Of a stretch of DNA of 64,000 nucleotides, positions 9,462-18,850 are shown piece after piece. The position numbers and the translations under genes are program-made. The notes under the pieces are model-generated. The model worked only from the letters and a program-made list of their open reading frames with translations. It was not told the DNA's origin and ran no database searches. Position 1 is the stretch's first letter. Every line of letters starts with the position of its first letter. The stretch covers positions 1,288,995-1,352,994 of the forward strand of contig NC_016940.1 in assembly GCF_000250635.1 (NCBI RefSeq). The letters are read 5' to 3'. Source of the DNA: Saprospira grandis str. Lewin. GTDB taxonomy: Bacteria; Bacteroidota; Bacteroidia; Chitinophagales; Saprospiraceae.

Positions 9462-10004
9462 TCAGACTTCCACTAAACCTAAATAGATTATTTCTAGAGA
9501 ATTGGCCACAAGTAAGATATAGGGGCCAGACTCTAGGCTAGCTGTAGGAATGAGCAGATTTGTTTTTCCTTTGGGCAGGGCGGTAGTTTCTTTAGCTAGG
9601 CGATTAAAGCCGTCTTGGTCAAAAAACTGAAACTCTAGGTCCATGTCTTCGGTGGTTGCTAGCTCTAGGTAGAGGTAATCATTACCTTCTTTTTTGTAGG
9701 CTAGTTGAATAGGACTTTCGTTGAGTTGGTCCACCTTAGCAAGCAGCTCTCTAAATTGTGCTTGGCTTTTGCTCGATAGGCTCCCCTTGCCTCTTAAAAA
9801 GAGTTTAATTTCTTTCAGTTCCCGATCGATGGTTGTTAGGCGTTGAAGTTGTGGAAAATCAGAAAAGTGGACCTGTTGTCCTCTGACACTACTATCTGCC
9901 TGCAAGCCTTCCATGTTGACTTCTGGCCTAGGGGCGGCCCCTGGTCCACAAGCGCTGACCAAAAGAAGCAGGACAAAATAAATAATGCGATGTTTTAGAC
10001 ACAT
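9462..10004 (-). CDS. small lipoprotein, distant member of the same family (CTD-like C-terminus)
   Basis: Lipobox LVSACGPG. The C-terminus LEFQFFDQDGF...SGPYILLVANSLEIIYLGLVEV resembles the others only weakly. Confidence 0.5.
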   Translation of the reverse strand: MCLKHRIIYFVLLLLVSACGPGAAPRPEVNMEGLQADSSVRGQQVHFSDFPQLQRLTTIDRELKEIKLFLRGKGSLSSKSQAQFRELLAKVDQLNESPIQLAYKKEGNDYLYLELATTEDMDLEFQFFDQDGFNRLAKETTALPKGKTNLLIPTASLESGPYILLVANSLEIIYLGLVEV

Positions 10005-10247
10005 TGGGAGTGATATTTATAGACAAATTGTCTGTCGGTGAGAAGTATAATTCAGTTGTTAAACAGTTGCTTAGCTTCTGTAGCTGATTTAGAGAGGGGA
10101 CATTCTTTTTCAGGTCACCAAATAACACTTCTTGGGGAGTTCAATATAAGCATATTTAACGAGCCTTTAAGGTATTTTATCACAAAAAAGGACAGCTTTT
10201 CAAGAGGCTGTCCTTTTAGCGGTTCATAGGCTTATATTGTAGCTAAA

Positions 10248-10790
10248 CTACTCTCTTTCAATAGAAAACATTTGGTTTAGCTCGGCGCCGGCTTGGTTTT
10301 TCAGTTTGAAGTAATAAGTTCCTTCTTTGAGGCTACTTACTTTGATGGCTTTATAGTTTTTGCCTTCAGTTACTTCAATGCTATTATTGGCGGCCAATTC
10401 AAATCCTTCCTCATCATACATTTCAAAGGTTAGATTTTCTTCGGTAGTTGATTCTAGGGAAAAAGCGAAGATGTCGTTGACTGGGCCTTCGGCCATCGTC
10501 ATTTTAACATCTAGTTTCTGCGCTTCATTTTCGGCTTTGGCCAAAGAGCGCATAATGCCCGTAACGGCTTCTTCATTTTGCTTATCCTTAGCTTTTAGGA
10601 TGATCATATCCTCGGCGGGGATGCTCACGGCATCGCCGGCGATGCTAAACTTTTGTGCGCCGCGGGTTTCTTCTAGATTGATGCTTGCTGTCATGCTACT
10701 GCCTGCCTTTTTGGCTAGGTCGTCGCCACAGCTACTGAGGCTAAAAAGAATCATGGCGCTAAAGAGGAAAAGTAAATTGAGTTTCTTCAT
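10248..10790 (-). CDS. small lipoprotein with T9SS-type C-terminal sorting domain (member 3)
   Basis: Lipobox LSSCGDD. The FEMYDEEGFELAANN block is shared with 8753..9295, followed by GKNYKAIKVSSLKEGTYYFKLKNQAGAELNQMFSIERE. Confidence 0.7.
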   Translation of the reverse strand: MKKLNLLFLFSAMILFSLSSCGDDLAKKAGSSMTASINLEETRGAQKFSIAGDAVSIPAEDMIILKAKDKQNEEAVTGIMRSLAKAENEAQKLDVKMTMAEGPVNDIFAFSLESTTEENLTFEMYDEEGFELAANNSIEVTEGKNYKAIKVSSLKEGTYYFKLKNQAGAELNQMFSIERE

Positions 10791-10913
10791 GATTGGTGCG
10801 ATTTAAAAGTTGCTTTTTATAAATTTTCTATTGATTTTGCTATCTTATTTGGGTTGGCCTTTGGGCACAACCGTTTAATATTTTACTATTTTCTGGTCCT
10901 AATATCAAAAATA

Positions 10914-11228
10914 ATGCAAAACCAAGATAAACAAGAACTTAATATTCAGATTTCTGAAGAAGTAGCCGATGGCATTTATTCTAACTTGGCCATCATCAGT
11001 CATTCTCCGGATGAGGTGGTTTTAGATTTTGTTCGTTTGGTCCCTAACATTGATCATGCTCGGGTAAAGTCTAGAGTATTAATGAGTCCACATCATGCCA
11101 AGCGTTTATTGGCGGCTTTATCGGATAATTTGCAGCGTTATGAGCAGGAGTTTGGTCCAATTAAGGACCCTAGAAATAGCAGCCGCAATAGCAGTTTGTC
11201 TTATTCTGGACCTAAGGGGCAAGCTTAA
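10914..11228 (+). CDS. DUF3467 domain protein
   Basis: EEVADGIYSNLAIISHSPDEVVLDFVRLVPN matches the DUF3467 core. I chose the internal ATG at 10914; the track ORF starts at 10854. Confidence 0.7.
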   Translation: MQNQDKQELNIQISEEVADGIYSNLAIISHSPDEVVLDFVRLVPNIDHARVKSRVLMSPHHAKRLLAALSDNLQRYEQEFGPIKDPRNSSRNSSLSYSGPKGQA

Positions 11229-11253
11229 ATTAATGCCGCCCAAAATCAAGCCA

Positions 11254-11279
11254 AAAGCCCTTTTAAGGGCTTTTTTTTA
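11254..11279 (+). terminator. rho-independent terminator
   Basis: Hairpin aaagccc-ttttaa-gggcttt followed by a T7 run, 26 nt after the stop of 10914..11228. Confidence 0.6.
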
Positions 11280-11304
11280 TGGCCCTAGGGATATTTTTTA
11301 GATA

Positions 11305-11470
11305 AGGCGGCCAAGCCGCCGCAGAGGAGCGCAGCGACTTGGCTGAGGGGCTGTAGCAGGGCCGCCGAAGGCGGCAGACCAAAGCGGCGCAGCCGCTGCA
11401 GGGCCGAGCAGACCTGCGAGCTGCGCAATGGCCCGACCCGCAGCGAAGCGAAGGGGCAGCCCCAAAAAAA
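11305..11470 (-). repeat. GC-rich interspersed repeat, copy 5
   Basis: The sequence ggctgaggggctgtagcagggccgccgaaggcggcagacc...gggccgagcagacctgcgagctgcgcaatggcccgaccc...ggggcagccccaaaaaaa ends 5 nt from the stop codon of 11476..13311. Confidence 0.9.
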
Positions 11471-11475
11471 GGACA

Positions 11476-13311
11476 TTAATCAAATAATCTCCAAAGAACT
11501 GAGAGTCGGAGCCAGTTATTGGCCTCGGCATATTGGTAGCTACTAAAGTAGTTTTGGTTTTCCCAGAAGTAGCTAATATTTTGATAATTGAGGCCAATTC
11601 GGAAGCGGTAGACCTTGAGGACGGCAAAGGCATCTAGTTGGGGATAAAACTGTAAAAGTTGTTCGTCTTGCAGATAAAATTGGTTCCAAGTTGGGGCATA
11701 GGCTTGGGCGTAGAAGGCCGTTTGGTAGCGCAGGCGGAAGCCAAATTGCCAGCTTGCGTTTCGGAAATATTTGCCTTTAAAGTAGAGCTTTTGTTGGAGT
11801 TGGCCTTGGGGCAGGGGCCAGTATTTTTCTTCTCCGACTTGTAGCTGCCCAACTAGGCGAGTGTCGGAGTAAAAGCCTTTGTAGTGGAAGCTTTGTTGGA
11901 GTTCGGCTTGCAGCAAGCTCAGGCTGCTATTGAGTTGTTCGCTTTGGCCGTTTAGGTTGTAGATAATAGGATTTTGGCGGAGGAAATATTGGGCTTTGAG
12001 GCTTCCCTCCTGCCCTTTCCAGCTCAGGCCGAGGCCGAGATTGGCTTCTTGGCTTTGGCCAAAGTCATTGTTCCAGATTTCTTGGCCAGAGAGATAGGCT
12101 TTTTGTTCTAAGAAGCTGGGGCGAAACTGCTGCATTTGTCCCCAAACCGCAGCTGCTAGCCCTTTAGACAAAGGACGTTCATAGCGCAGTTTAAGCTGAT
12201 AATCTAGGGTTTGCTCTCCAAATAAAACTTGGCCTGAGGCGCTTAGGTTTTGGCCTTGATAATTGGCGCCTGCAAAAAGGCTATTGAGCTGTTCTAGGGG
12301 CAGGGGTTCTTGTGTAACCGCTTGAAATCTGTGGCCCAAAAAGAGCTTAATATCAGCGAGTTGATAGCTCAATTGATTTTGAAGCAGCTGTTGTTGCATG
12401 GCCATTCTCAGGCCTCGGTTATTGACCTGAAGTGGGCCGTAGAAGCTACTATCTGCGGCTAGATTATTATCAAAAAACTTAAATCGTTCTTGTTGGTAAT
12501 GCAGTTGGTGCTCCCAGTTTTTCCAGTTTTGGCGATAAAGCAGTTCCAAAAAGCGATTTTCCTGTCGGGGCGAGTCATTATCGCCTTCATTGAGGCTAGT
12601 TTCGGCAGTTTCTAAAAAATCATTGCTCAGGCCTTGCAAAACACTATCTTGCAGGCCTCCATTTTCGCTTTGATTTTGGCTAGAAGAGACTACAAACAGG
12701 CTGCCCTTATAGTTGGCTTTTTGGTAGTGAAGCTGCAGGCCGAGGTCTCGATGTTGGCTAGCGAGGCTATTAAAATAGCCTCTTTGGCTCAGCACGCTAT
12801 ACTGGATGCCGTAATAGAGTTGTTTATTGTATTGCTGGGCCAATTCGGCTTTGAGGGCCAGATTTTTCAGGTTAATTTGGCTGTAGTAAAGGTTGGTTAG
12901 GGCCTTCCCTCCTTCTACCTCATAGATGCGGAGTTGGTTGGGCCGCAGGCGGTAGCGGTCCAGATGTTCTCCAGCGCCTAGGCGGGGGCCTAATTCTTTT
13001 TCTTCATACTGCCAAGTTTTGGCAAAAACGGGCGTTCCCCAATGGCCCAGATTCCCGTAGTTTTGGGTCCAACTTTCTTGCGCCCAGCCCCAGGCAAAAT
13101 CATGCATATAATGGAGGCTAGTATCCAGTTTGGCCCATTTGTTTTCGCTTAGGGCATAGCGCCATTTTATTTTCAGGCTATCGCCTAATTTCTGAAAGCG
13201 TTCGGCTTCTGTGGCGGCGGGCAGGCTATCTCGTTGTAGGCTATCTACTGGCGTTTGGGCCCAGCTACTGTTTGCCCAAAGGAGCAAAACAGCCAAAAGA
13301 ACAATTCGCAT
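11476..13311 (-). CDS. hypothetical secreted/outer-membrane protein (Gln/Tyr/Leu-rich, beta-rich)
   Basis: Signal peptide (ANSSWAQ). The ORF is 611 aa with no recognisable motif, so only the ORF itself is confident. Confidence 0.6.
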   Translation of the reverse strand: MRIVLLAVLLLWANSSWAQTPVDSLQRDSLPAATEAERFQKLGDSLKIKWRYALSENKWAKLDTSLHYMHDFAWGWAQESWTQNYGNLGHWGTPVFAKTWQYEEKELGPRLGAGEHLDRYRLRPNQLRIYEVEGGKALTNLYYSQINLKNLALKAELAQQYNKQLYYGIQYSVLSQRGYFNSLASQHRDLGLQLHYQKANYKGSLFVVSSSQNQSENGGLQDSVLQGLSNDFLETAETSLNEGDNDSPRQENRFLELLYRQNWKNWEHQLHYQQERFKFFDNNLAADSSFYGPLQVNNRGLRMAMQQQLLQNQLSYQLADIKLFLGHRFQAVTQEPLPLEQLNSLFAGANYQGQNLSASGQVLFGEQTLDYQLKLRYERPLSKGLAAAVWGQMQQFRPSFLEQKAYLSGQEIWNNDFGQSQEANLGLGLSWKGQEGSLKAQYFLRQNPIIYNLNGQSEQLNSSLSLLQAELQQSFHYKGFYSDTRLVGQLQVGEEKYWPLPQGQLQQKLYFKGKYFRNASWQFGFRLRYQTAFYAQAYAPTWNQFYLQDEQLLQFYPQLDAFAVLKVYRFRIGLNYQNISYFWENQNYFSSYQYAEANNWLRLSVLWRLFD

Positions 13312-13330
13312 AGAGCTTTAATTTTTGCGC

Positions 13331-13364
13331 AAAAAAAAGCCATGGACCCAAAGAGTCGATGGCT
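13331..13364 (-). terminator. rho-independent terminator (downstream of hup)
   Basis: On the minus strand: hairpin agccat...atggct followed by T8. Confidence 0.5.
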
Positions 13365-13394
13365 TTTTATCAGAACTTAGAAAGAAAAAGCAAC

Positions 13395-13721
13395 TTACTT
13401 CTTCTTTTTCTTGTCAGCAGCAGCTTTAAGGCTAGTGCGTAGATCTTTGTTATCTACAGTACCAGCAAGCTCTTTACCTGCTTTAAACTTTACAGTTACC
13501 TTGTCGCTGATTTGGATTTCCTTCTGCGTAGAGGGGTTGATTCCTTTACGGGCAGCACGGTAATTCACATCAAAAGTACCAAAACCAACCAAAGTGATTT
13601 TTTGGCCTGCTTTCAAAGTGTCAGCAATAGTTTCTAGGGTAGCGTTCAAGGCTGCAGCAGCATCAGCTTTTTTCAAACCAGCAGCTTCTGCAATTTTGTC
13701 GATCAAATCTCCTTTGTTCAT
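13395..13721 (-). CDS. hup: HU family DNA-binding protein with Lys-rich C-terminal tail
   Basis: MNKGDLIDKIAE...GFGTF...RAARKGINPSTQKEIQI matches the HU fold. The tail AADKKKKK is typical of Bacteroidota HU. Confidence 0.9.
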   Translation of the reverse strand: MNKGDLIDKIAEAAGLKKADAAAALNATLETIADTLKAGQKITLVGFGTFDVNYRAARKGINPSTQKEIQISDKVTVKFKAGKELAGTVDNKDLRTSLKAAADKKKKK

Positions 13722-13954
13722 AGTTAAATTCTAGATTATCCAAATGATACAGTAATTCTTGCGCCCTAAAAAGCTAGCTTGGGGTAGTTTGAATAGGCAG
13801 GGGGGCTCTGTATCTAGGGCTTCTTACTGTTCTTCAAACCAATGGTCGAAGGTCTAGCTTTCGGCGCTTACAAATTTATATCCTTTTGCAGCATTTCCAA
13901 ACATTTACCCAAAAAAAGCAAATAAAGGCCCTAAAAAAGGCCATTTTAGTACTG

Positions 13955-14175
13955 TTTTGGGGCCTCCGCAGCCAAGCTGCGGCAGTTACTCCCTTTGGTC
14001 GTCGAACGGCGAACTAAAGTTCTTGTTGTCGCTTCGGGGCTCGCAGCTTTGCTCGGCCGCTCGTTTTTTCGCTGCGCTCAAAAACTCGGTCTGGCCCTCT
14101 GGGCCAGCCCTCCGCATCGCTAGGCCAACAAAGGCCTTCGGCCCAGAGCGGCTTCGCCGCCAAAAGAGTCCGCCT
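13955..14175 (+). repeat. GC-rich interspersed repeat, copy 6 (long variant, GGGGCCTCCGC head)
   Basis: The sequence ttttggggcctccgcagccaagctgcggc...ggggctcgcagctttgctcggcc...ggtctggccc...ggcttcgccgcc matches the family. Confidence 0.8.
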
Positions 14176-14185
14176 AAAATAGCAA

Positions 14186-14212
14186 CAGCCAGTCAGAAAT
14201 CTGACTGGCTGT
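14186..14212 (-). terminator. hairpin terminator downstream of tRNA-Gln
   Basis: Hairpin agccagtcag-aaat-ctgactggct lies immediately 3' of the tRNA on the minus strand, followed by a T-rich tract. Confidence 0.45.
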
Positions 14213-14214
14213 TG

Positions 14215-14286
14215 TTGGCCTACTAGGACTCGAACCTAGAATGACAGAACCAAAATCTGCTGTGTTACCAATTACACCATAGGCCA
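14215..14286 (-). tRNA. tRNA-Gln: tRNA-Gln (anticodon UUG)
   Basis: The reverse complement folds as a cloverleaf. U1-A72 acceptor pairing is typical of bacterial tRNA-Gln. D-arm is GTGTAATTGGTAACAC, anticodon loop TTTTGGT, T-arm CTAGGTTCGAGTCCTAG. No encoded CCA. Confidence 0.85.
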
Positions 14287-14334
14287 ATAAAATCTTTGCT
14301 ACTTATAGGAGCCAAACTCTCCTCTGAGAAGTTG

Positions 14335-14406
14335 TTGGCCCACTAGGACTCGAACCTAGAATGACAGAACCAAAATCTGCTGTGTTACCAATTACACCAT
14401 GGGCCA
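14335..14406 (-). tRNA. tRNA-Gln: tRNA-Gln (anticodon UUG), tandem duplicate
   Basis: Identical body 120 bp downstream. The acceptor stem differs (TGGCCCA/TGGGCCA versus TGGCCTA/TAGGCCA) in a compensatory way. Confidence 0.85.
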
Positions 14407-14456
14407 ATTCCGTAGCGGCACAAATATAAGAAGGAAAATTAAACCGCCAAAACTTT

Positions 14457-14889
14457 TTACATTTTTTCTAAAAAAATTTGTCGTGTTCCTTCTTCTTGGA
14501 CCAAGATCCGCAAATGCAATGCATTTTCGGCTAGCAAAGGTAGCAAAATTTCTGGCCATTCTACAAAAAAGTAGTGTTCATCTTCCAAGTAGTCCTCTAT
14601 ACCAATTTCTAGGGCTTCTTCTAGGCTATCTAGGCGGTAGAGATCGGCATGGCGGACGAGCAAAGGGCTGTTTTGCAGGCCATATTCGTTAATGAGGCTA
14701 TAGCTAGGGCTGCTCCCCTCTTCTTGGCCCCCTAAGGCTTGCAGTAAATAATGGACCAGAGTGGTTTTTCCGGCTCCCATAGGCGCATCTAAAAAAACTT
14801 TGCGGTAAGTTTGCAGCGGTCCAGCTACTAATTCTTGGGCCACAGCTGCCAATTCGGCCAAATTGTTTACCGTATAATCTGCTTGCATA
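14457..14889 (-). CDS. tsaE: tRNA threonylcarbamoyladenosine biosynthesis protein TsaE (YjeE P-loop)
   Basis: FLDAPMGAGKTTLVHYLLQALG...SPSYSLINEY...ADLYRL matches TsaE. I chose the internal ATG (MQADYTV...); the track ORF runs upstream to 14987. Confidence 0.8.
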
Positions 14890-14940
14890 ATGAATTTAAT
14901 TTCTGCAAAATTAGTCCAGTTTTTTGGGCTTCCCAAAAAA

Positions 14941-15729
14941 ATGGGCGCTGCCCTGCTTCTTTTTGGCCTTTTTTTTACGGCCTGCAAAAGCAGCAGTCCC
15001 CTAGCCTACCTACAAGCCCCGCCCCAAGCAAAAATGCAAATTGATGGACAAAGCGAGGATTGGCCCGAAGGCCTACAGCGGCTAAGAGAAAAAATCAATA
15101 TTCAGTATGCGGCCAAAGAAGACGAAGAGTTTCTCTACCTATATATACGTATAGATGAGCCTAGCTACCAAAACTATGTTTTGGCCAATGGGGCTCAAAT
15201 CTGGATAGACAGCCTAGGCAAAGACAAAAAAAGCTTGGGCCTCAATTACCCCCTGCCCTTGGCCACTAGCCGCCTAGAAGAATTGGCCCAAAAAGCTGGT
15301 GTAGATGAGGCCAAATTTCTGGCCCTCTACGCCCAAGAATTACAAGAGTTTGAACTCCTCAATTTTGTCTCTGAAGATATTCGCGTAAGCAATTTGGCCT
15401 CTAAGGACTTTAAAACTGCCGCCCATTTTGATGCCGGCAAACGCCTTTGCCTAGAGTTTCAACTGCCCAAAAATCGCCTAGGTCTAGCCCCTAAACAAAA
15501 AACGCCTTTTTCCCTAGGCTTTTTTGTCCGAGCTGCCAAAGCCTCTCCCTTTGAGCAGGCAGAACAGGCCGGCAGCCTCTTCGATGAACAAGACCCTCAG
15601 AATGGAGTGACCAGCAGCAACCCCATGCTAGGAGGTAGAAGTCAACAAACGAATAGAAATAATAGCTTGTCTATTTCGCCTAAAAGCAACTTACCAAAAA
15701 TTTGGACTAGACTTAGTCCCAAAGAATAA
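14941..15729 (+). CDS. hypothetical lipoprotein
   Basis: Signal peptide MGAALLLFGLFFTACKSS. The track ORF starts at 14890. No recognisable domain. Confidence 0.55.
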   Translation: MGAALLLFGLFFTACKSSSPLAYLQAPPQAKMQIDGQSEDWPEGLQRLREKINIQYAAKEDEEFLYLYIRIDEPSYQNYVLANGAQIWIDSLGKDKKSLGLNYPLPLATSRLEELAQKAGVDEAKFLALYAQELQEFELLNFVSEDIRVSNLASKDFKTAAHFDAGKRLCLEFQLPKNRLGLAPKQKTPFSLGFFVRAAKASPFEQAEQAGSLFDEQDPQNGVTSSNPMLGGRSQQTNRNNSLSISPKSNLPKIWTRLSPKE

Positions 15730-16081
15730 GATGTTGTGATAATTAAATAGTTATTCAACTTTTGTGACAGAAAATTTATTCAGCGTATTTTAACAGTACC
15801 TTGCCTTAAATTGGCCTTTTTGTCTACTTTTTTTCTTTTTTTGCGCTATTGCTTTTTAAGAAGCCAAGGAGCAAAAATTACTCTAATAAACTAATAACCA
15901 AATAGTTGGATTTGAATTTAATTAAAAACCGGGCAAGTAGGTAAAATACCTAAAAAAGAGCAGTAGGCCTTTTCCTGAGCTGCAAACAAGTGAAAAATTT
16001 CATATTTATAACACAACAAACAGCGACTAGCTTAGCTTGCTAACTAGGAAACTGTTTGGGGTAAATAATGGGGATTTTTAT

Positions 16082-16118
16082 AAGCATCAAACTTGGGGGA
16101 GTTTGATGCTTTTTTTTG
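16082..16118 (+). terminator. orphan rho-independent terminator
   Basis: Hairpin aagcatcaaact-tggggg-agtttgatgctt followed by T8. It lies about 350 bp from the nearest plus-strand CDS. Confidence 0.6.
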
Positions 16119-16127
16119 GTCCATTTT

Positions 16128-16298
16128 GCGGTGGACAGGCGGCGAAGCCGCCGCAAGCGAGCGAAGCGAAGCGGCTGAGGGGCTGTAGCAGGGCGGCGAA
16201 GCCGCAGACCAAAGCCCGCAGGGCTGCAGGGCCGAGCAAGCCTGCGAGCTGCGCAATGGCCCGACCCAAGGCCGAAGGCCGCAGGGGCAGCCCCAAAA
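16128..16298 (-). repeat. GC-rich interspersed repeat, copy 7
   Basis: The sequence ggcggcgaagccgccgc...ggctgaggggctgtagcagggcggcgaagccgcagacc...gggccgagcaagcctgcgagctgcgcaatggcccgaccc...ggggcagccccaaaa ends 4 nt from the stop of the TetR gene. Confidence 0.9.
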
Positions 16299-16302
16299 CC
16301 TC

Positions 16303-16989
16303 CTATTCTGGAATAGGATGGTCTAGCATTTTGAAGGTAAAAAAGGCAAGCATATTGACCACGGCATCTAGGCGGCCCTCCTCTACAGAAACATCGGTAA
16401 TAGAGGGGAAATGCTCGGCAAAATAGATGTGGTCGCTGGCCATTTCGATCAGGCTAGAGGCTAGGGTATTGGGGTAGGGAAAATCTGGCTTAACTGCCTG
16501 AATGGCGTCTGCAATCACCTTAGACAGGGTTTTATAATTGAGGAAAAGGCCTTCTTTATTTTCATCATCGACCTCCTTGGTATGATAAGCCTTAATGCCC
16601 TCGGCCACCACAATGCGGTGCAGGCGGTTTTCGTCTACATATTCTACCGCTGGATTGGTTTGGGAAGAAGTGACCAGGGTAGACAAAATAATTTTGAGTC
16701 GCTTGGCGGGGCAATCGATATTCATGCTATTATAATCAATCTGGAACATGGTCCATTCCCAGTACCAGCAGACCAAATAGAGCAGCAATTTGTGCTTATT
16801 TTCAAAGTAGCGATAGACCGAAGCCTCCGTTGACTGTATTTTGCAAGCCAGCTTTTTAAAGGTAAACTTCTCGAAACCCAATTCCTCGATCAGGATAATG
16901 GCATACTCGATAATTTTTCGGCCCAGTTTAGTTTGCTGCGGGTCGCGCAGATAGAGGTTTTCGTTGAGTTGGATATGAATAGCAATCAT
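16303..16989 (-). CDS. TetR/AcrR family transcriptional regulator
   Basis: The N-terminal HTH is FEKFTFKKLACKIQSTEASVYRYFENKHKLL. The C-terminal helical domain serves as ligand-binding region. Confidence 0.75.
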   Translation of the reverse strand: MIAIHIQLNENLYLRDPQQTKLGRKIIEYAIILIEELGFEKFTFKKLACKIQSTEASVYRYFENKHKLLLYLVCWYWEWTMFQIDYNSMNIDCPAKRLKIILSTLVTSSQTNPAVEYVDENRLHRIVVAEGIKAYHTKEVDDENKEGLFLNYKTLSKVIADAIQAVKPDFPYPNTLASSLIEMASDHIYFAEHFPSITDVSVEEGRLDAVVNMLAFFTFKMLDHPIPE

Positions 16990-17040
16990 ATGTGATTGTT
17001 GAGCAGTGGTTCTAGAGCAGTATAAGGGGCAAAGATAGGC

Positions 17041-17080
17041 TTAAAAAAAGAAAAAACCCTTTTGCAGCTACGCAAAAGGG
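17041..17080 (-). terminator. rho-independent terminator downstream of SulP gene
   Basis: On the minus strand: cccttttgc-agcta-gcaaaaggg followed by a T-rich run. Confidence 0.55.
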
Positions 17081-17105
17081 CATTATCCAAATAGCTAAGG
17101 GAAAA

Positions 17106-18725
17106 TTAGCTGGCCGTTTCCTGCGGTTGTATCCGCTTGAGTTCGGCCAAGGTTTCCCCTTCCCTATCCAGCCCCAGCCATTTCCATTTGATTTCTTTGA
17201 ATTTGGCATAATCCTTAAAACTTTCAAAGATATCTAGGATGTCGGGGTCAATATATTCGGTTCGGCTAGCATCAATAATCAATTGACTTTTAGCGGGAAG
17301 ATTAGATAAATATTCTTTTAGCGCACTTTTATTGAGGAAAGAGAGATCTTCTGAGAGCGTCAGCTGAATCCTATTTCCCTCCTTAGTTTCGACAAAAGGC
17401 AGGCGATAGTTATTGCGTAAGATATAGAAAATGGCCACCGCCATCCCAATCATAATTCCAATGAGCAAATCGCTGAGCAAGATGGCAATAATAGTAACTA
17501 AAAAGGGAACAAACTGTTTGTAGCCTTGCTGCCAGATCTGCTTAAAGACCGTTGGGTTGGCCAATTTATAGCCCACCATCACCAAAATAGCGGCTAAGCT
17601 AGCCAGCGGGATCAGGTTGAGCAGAAAGGGAATCGTCAAAACGGCCAAAAGCAGAAAAACCCCATGTAAAAATGCCGCCGTTTTTGAGCGTCCGCCCGAC
17701 TGAATATTGGCCGAAGAGCGCACAATAACCTGCGTGACGGGCAATCCGCCTAGCAAACCGGCAGCAATATTCCCCATGCCCTGCGCCTTGAGCTCCTGAT
17801 TGAGGTTGGTGGTCCGTTTATGTGGATCCAACTTATCGGTTGCTTCGGCACAAAGCAAAGACTCCATACTGCCCACAATGGCCAAGGTGATGGCCGTAGT
17901 ATAAACGGCTGGATTAAAGAGCTCGGCAAAATTGGGAAACTTCATTTCAGCAGAAAAGGCCGCCCAAGAATCAAAAATGGGCAGACTGACCAGATGCTCT
18001 GAGGCAATTTCTAATTGAGGAATCCCTTTAAAGCTCAAGTTCAGTACGATGCCCGAAAAAACGGCCACCAAAGGTCCTTGAATCCACAAGGCCCAAGGCT
18101 GCTTTTTAATGAACTCTTGTTGCCAAATAATGAGAATGATAAAGGCGACCAAAGCCGCTACGGCAGGTCCCCAGTTTACATTCAGCCCCTCAAAAACATC
18201 GGTAAATGCCTTAAAAATCTCGCTAAAAGTGGTCTCTCCATCGGGCTGCAGATAAGCCATCTCGCCCTCGGGGTCCTTATCGTCGCCTAAGGCATGTGGA
18301 ATTTGCTTGAGGATAATGATGAGCCCAATGCCCGACAACATCCCTTTTATGACCGAAGAAGGAAAAAAGTAACCGATACTTCCCGCCTTCAAAAAGCCCA
18401 AAAGAAGCTGCAAAAGGCCAGAAATAACCACCGCCAGCAAAAAGGTCTCAAAACTTCCCAACTGCTCAATTGCGCTGATGACAATAGCCACCAATCCCGC
18501 AGCCGGACCGCTAACGCCTAGAGATGAATTGGAAAAAAGCGTGACCACAATACCGCCCACAATGCCAGCAATAACGCCAGACAAAAGAGAGGTACCAGAG
18601 GCCAAGGCAATACCTAGGCATAGAGGAACGGCTACCAAAAAAACGACAATGGCCGCAGGTAAATCGTTCTTCAAGTGCTTGAAAGTAAGAGGGGCTTTCA
18701 TAGACTCAAATAGAATGTAGAACAC
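17106..18725 (-). CDS. SulP family inorganic anion transporter with C-terminal STAS domain
   Basis: MKAPLTFKHLKNDLPAAIVVFLVAVPLCLGIALASG is the conserved SulP N-terminus. There are multiple TM segments. The C-terminus IIDASRTEYIDPDILDIFESF is STAS-like. The true start may be the ATG at 18701. Confidence 0.85.
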   Translation of the reverse strand: MFYILFESMKAPLTFKHLKNDLPAAIVVFLVAVPLCLGIALASGTSLLSGVIAGIVGGIVVTLFSNSSLGVSGPAAGLVAIVISAIEQLGSFETFLLAVVISGLLQLLLGFLKAGSIGYFFPSSVIKGMLSGIGLIIILKQIPHALGDDKDPEGEMAYLQPDGETTFSEIFKAFTDVFEGLNVNWGPAVAALVAFIILIIWQQEFIKKQPWALWIQGPLVAVFSGIVLNLSFKGIPQLEIASEHLVSLPIFDSWAAFSAEMKFPNFAELFNPAVYTTAITLAIVGSMESLLCAEATDKLDPHKRTTNLNQELKAQGMGNIAAGLLGGLPVTQVIVRSSANIQSGGRSKTAAFLHGVFLLLAVLTIPFLLNLIPLASLAAILVMVGYKLANPTVFKQIWQQGYKQFVPFLVTIIAILLSDLLIGIMIGMAVAIFYILRNNYRLPFVETKEGNRIQLTLSEDLSFLNKSALKEYLSNLPAKSQLIIDASRTEYIDPDILDIFESFKDYAKFKEIKWKWLGLDREGETLAELKRIQPQETAS

Positions 18726-18850
18726 ATTTAGGGGCTAAGCTAACTGCATCCAAGGGTAAATAAGTTGGTTTAATGATAGCAATACTATCAAGCACAAAGG
18801 TAATCAACTTAAATTAGTTAGTTTTCCTTTTTTTTTATTTTTTTAATGAT

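Noticed and set aside
17012-17227. 71-aa ORF overlapping the 3' end of the SulP gene and its terminator
   Set aside because: It overlaps a confident gene and a terminator hairpin. Its translation (MKVLRIMPNSKKSNGNGWGWIGKGKPWPN...) is low-complexity.
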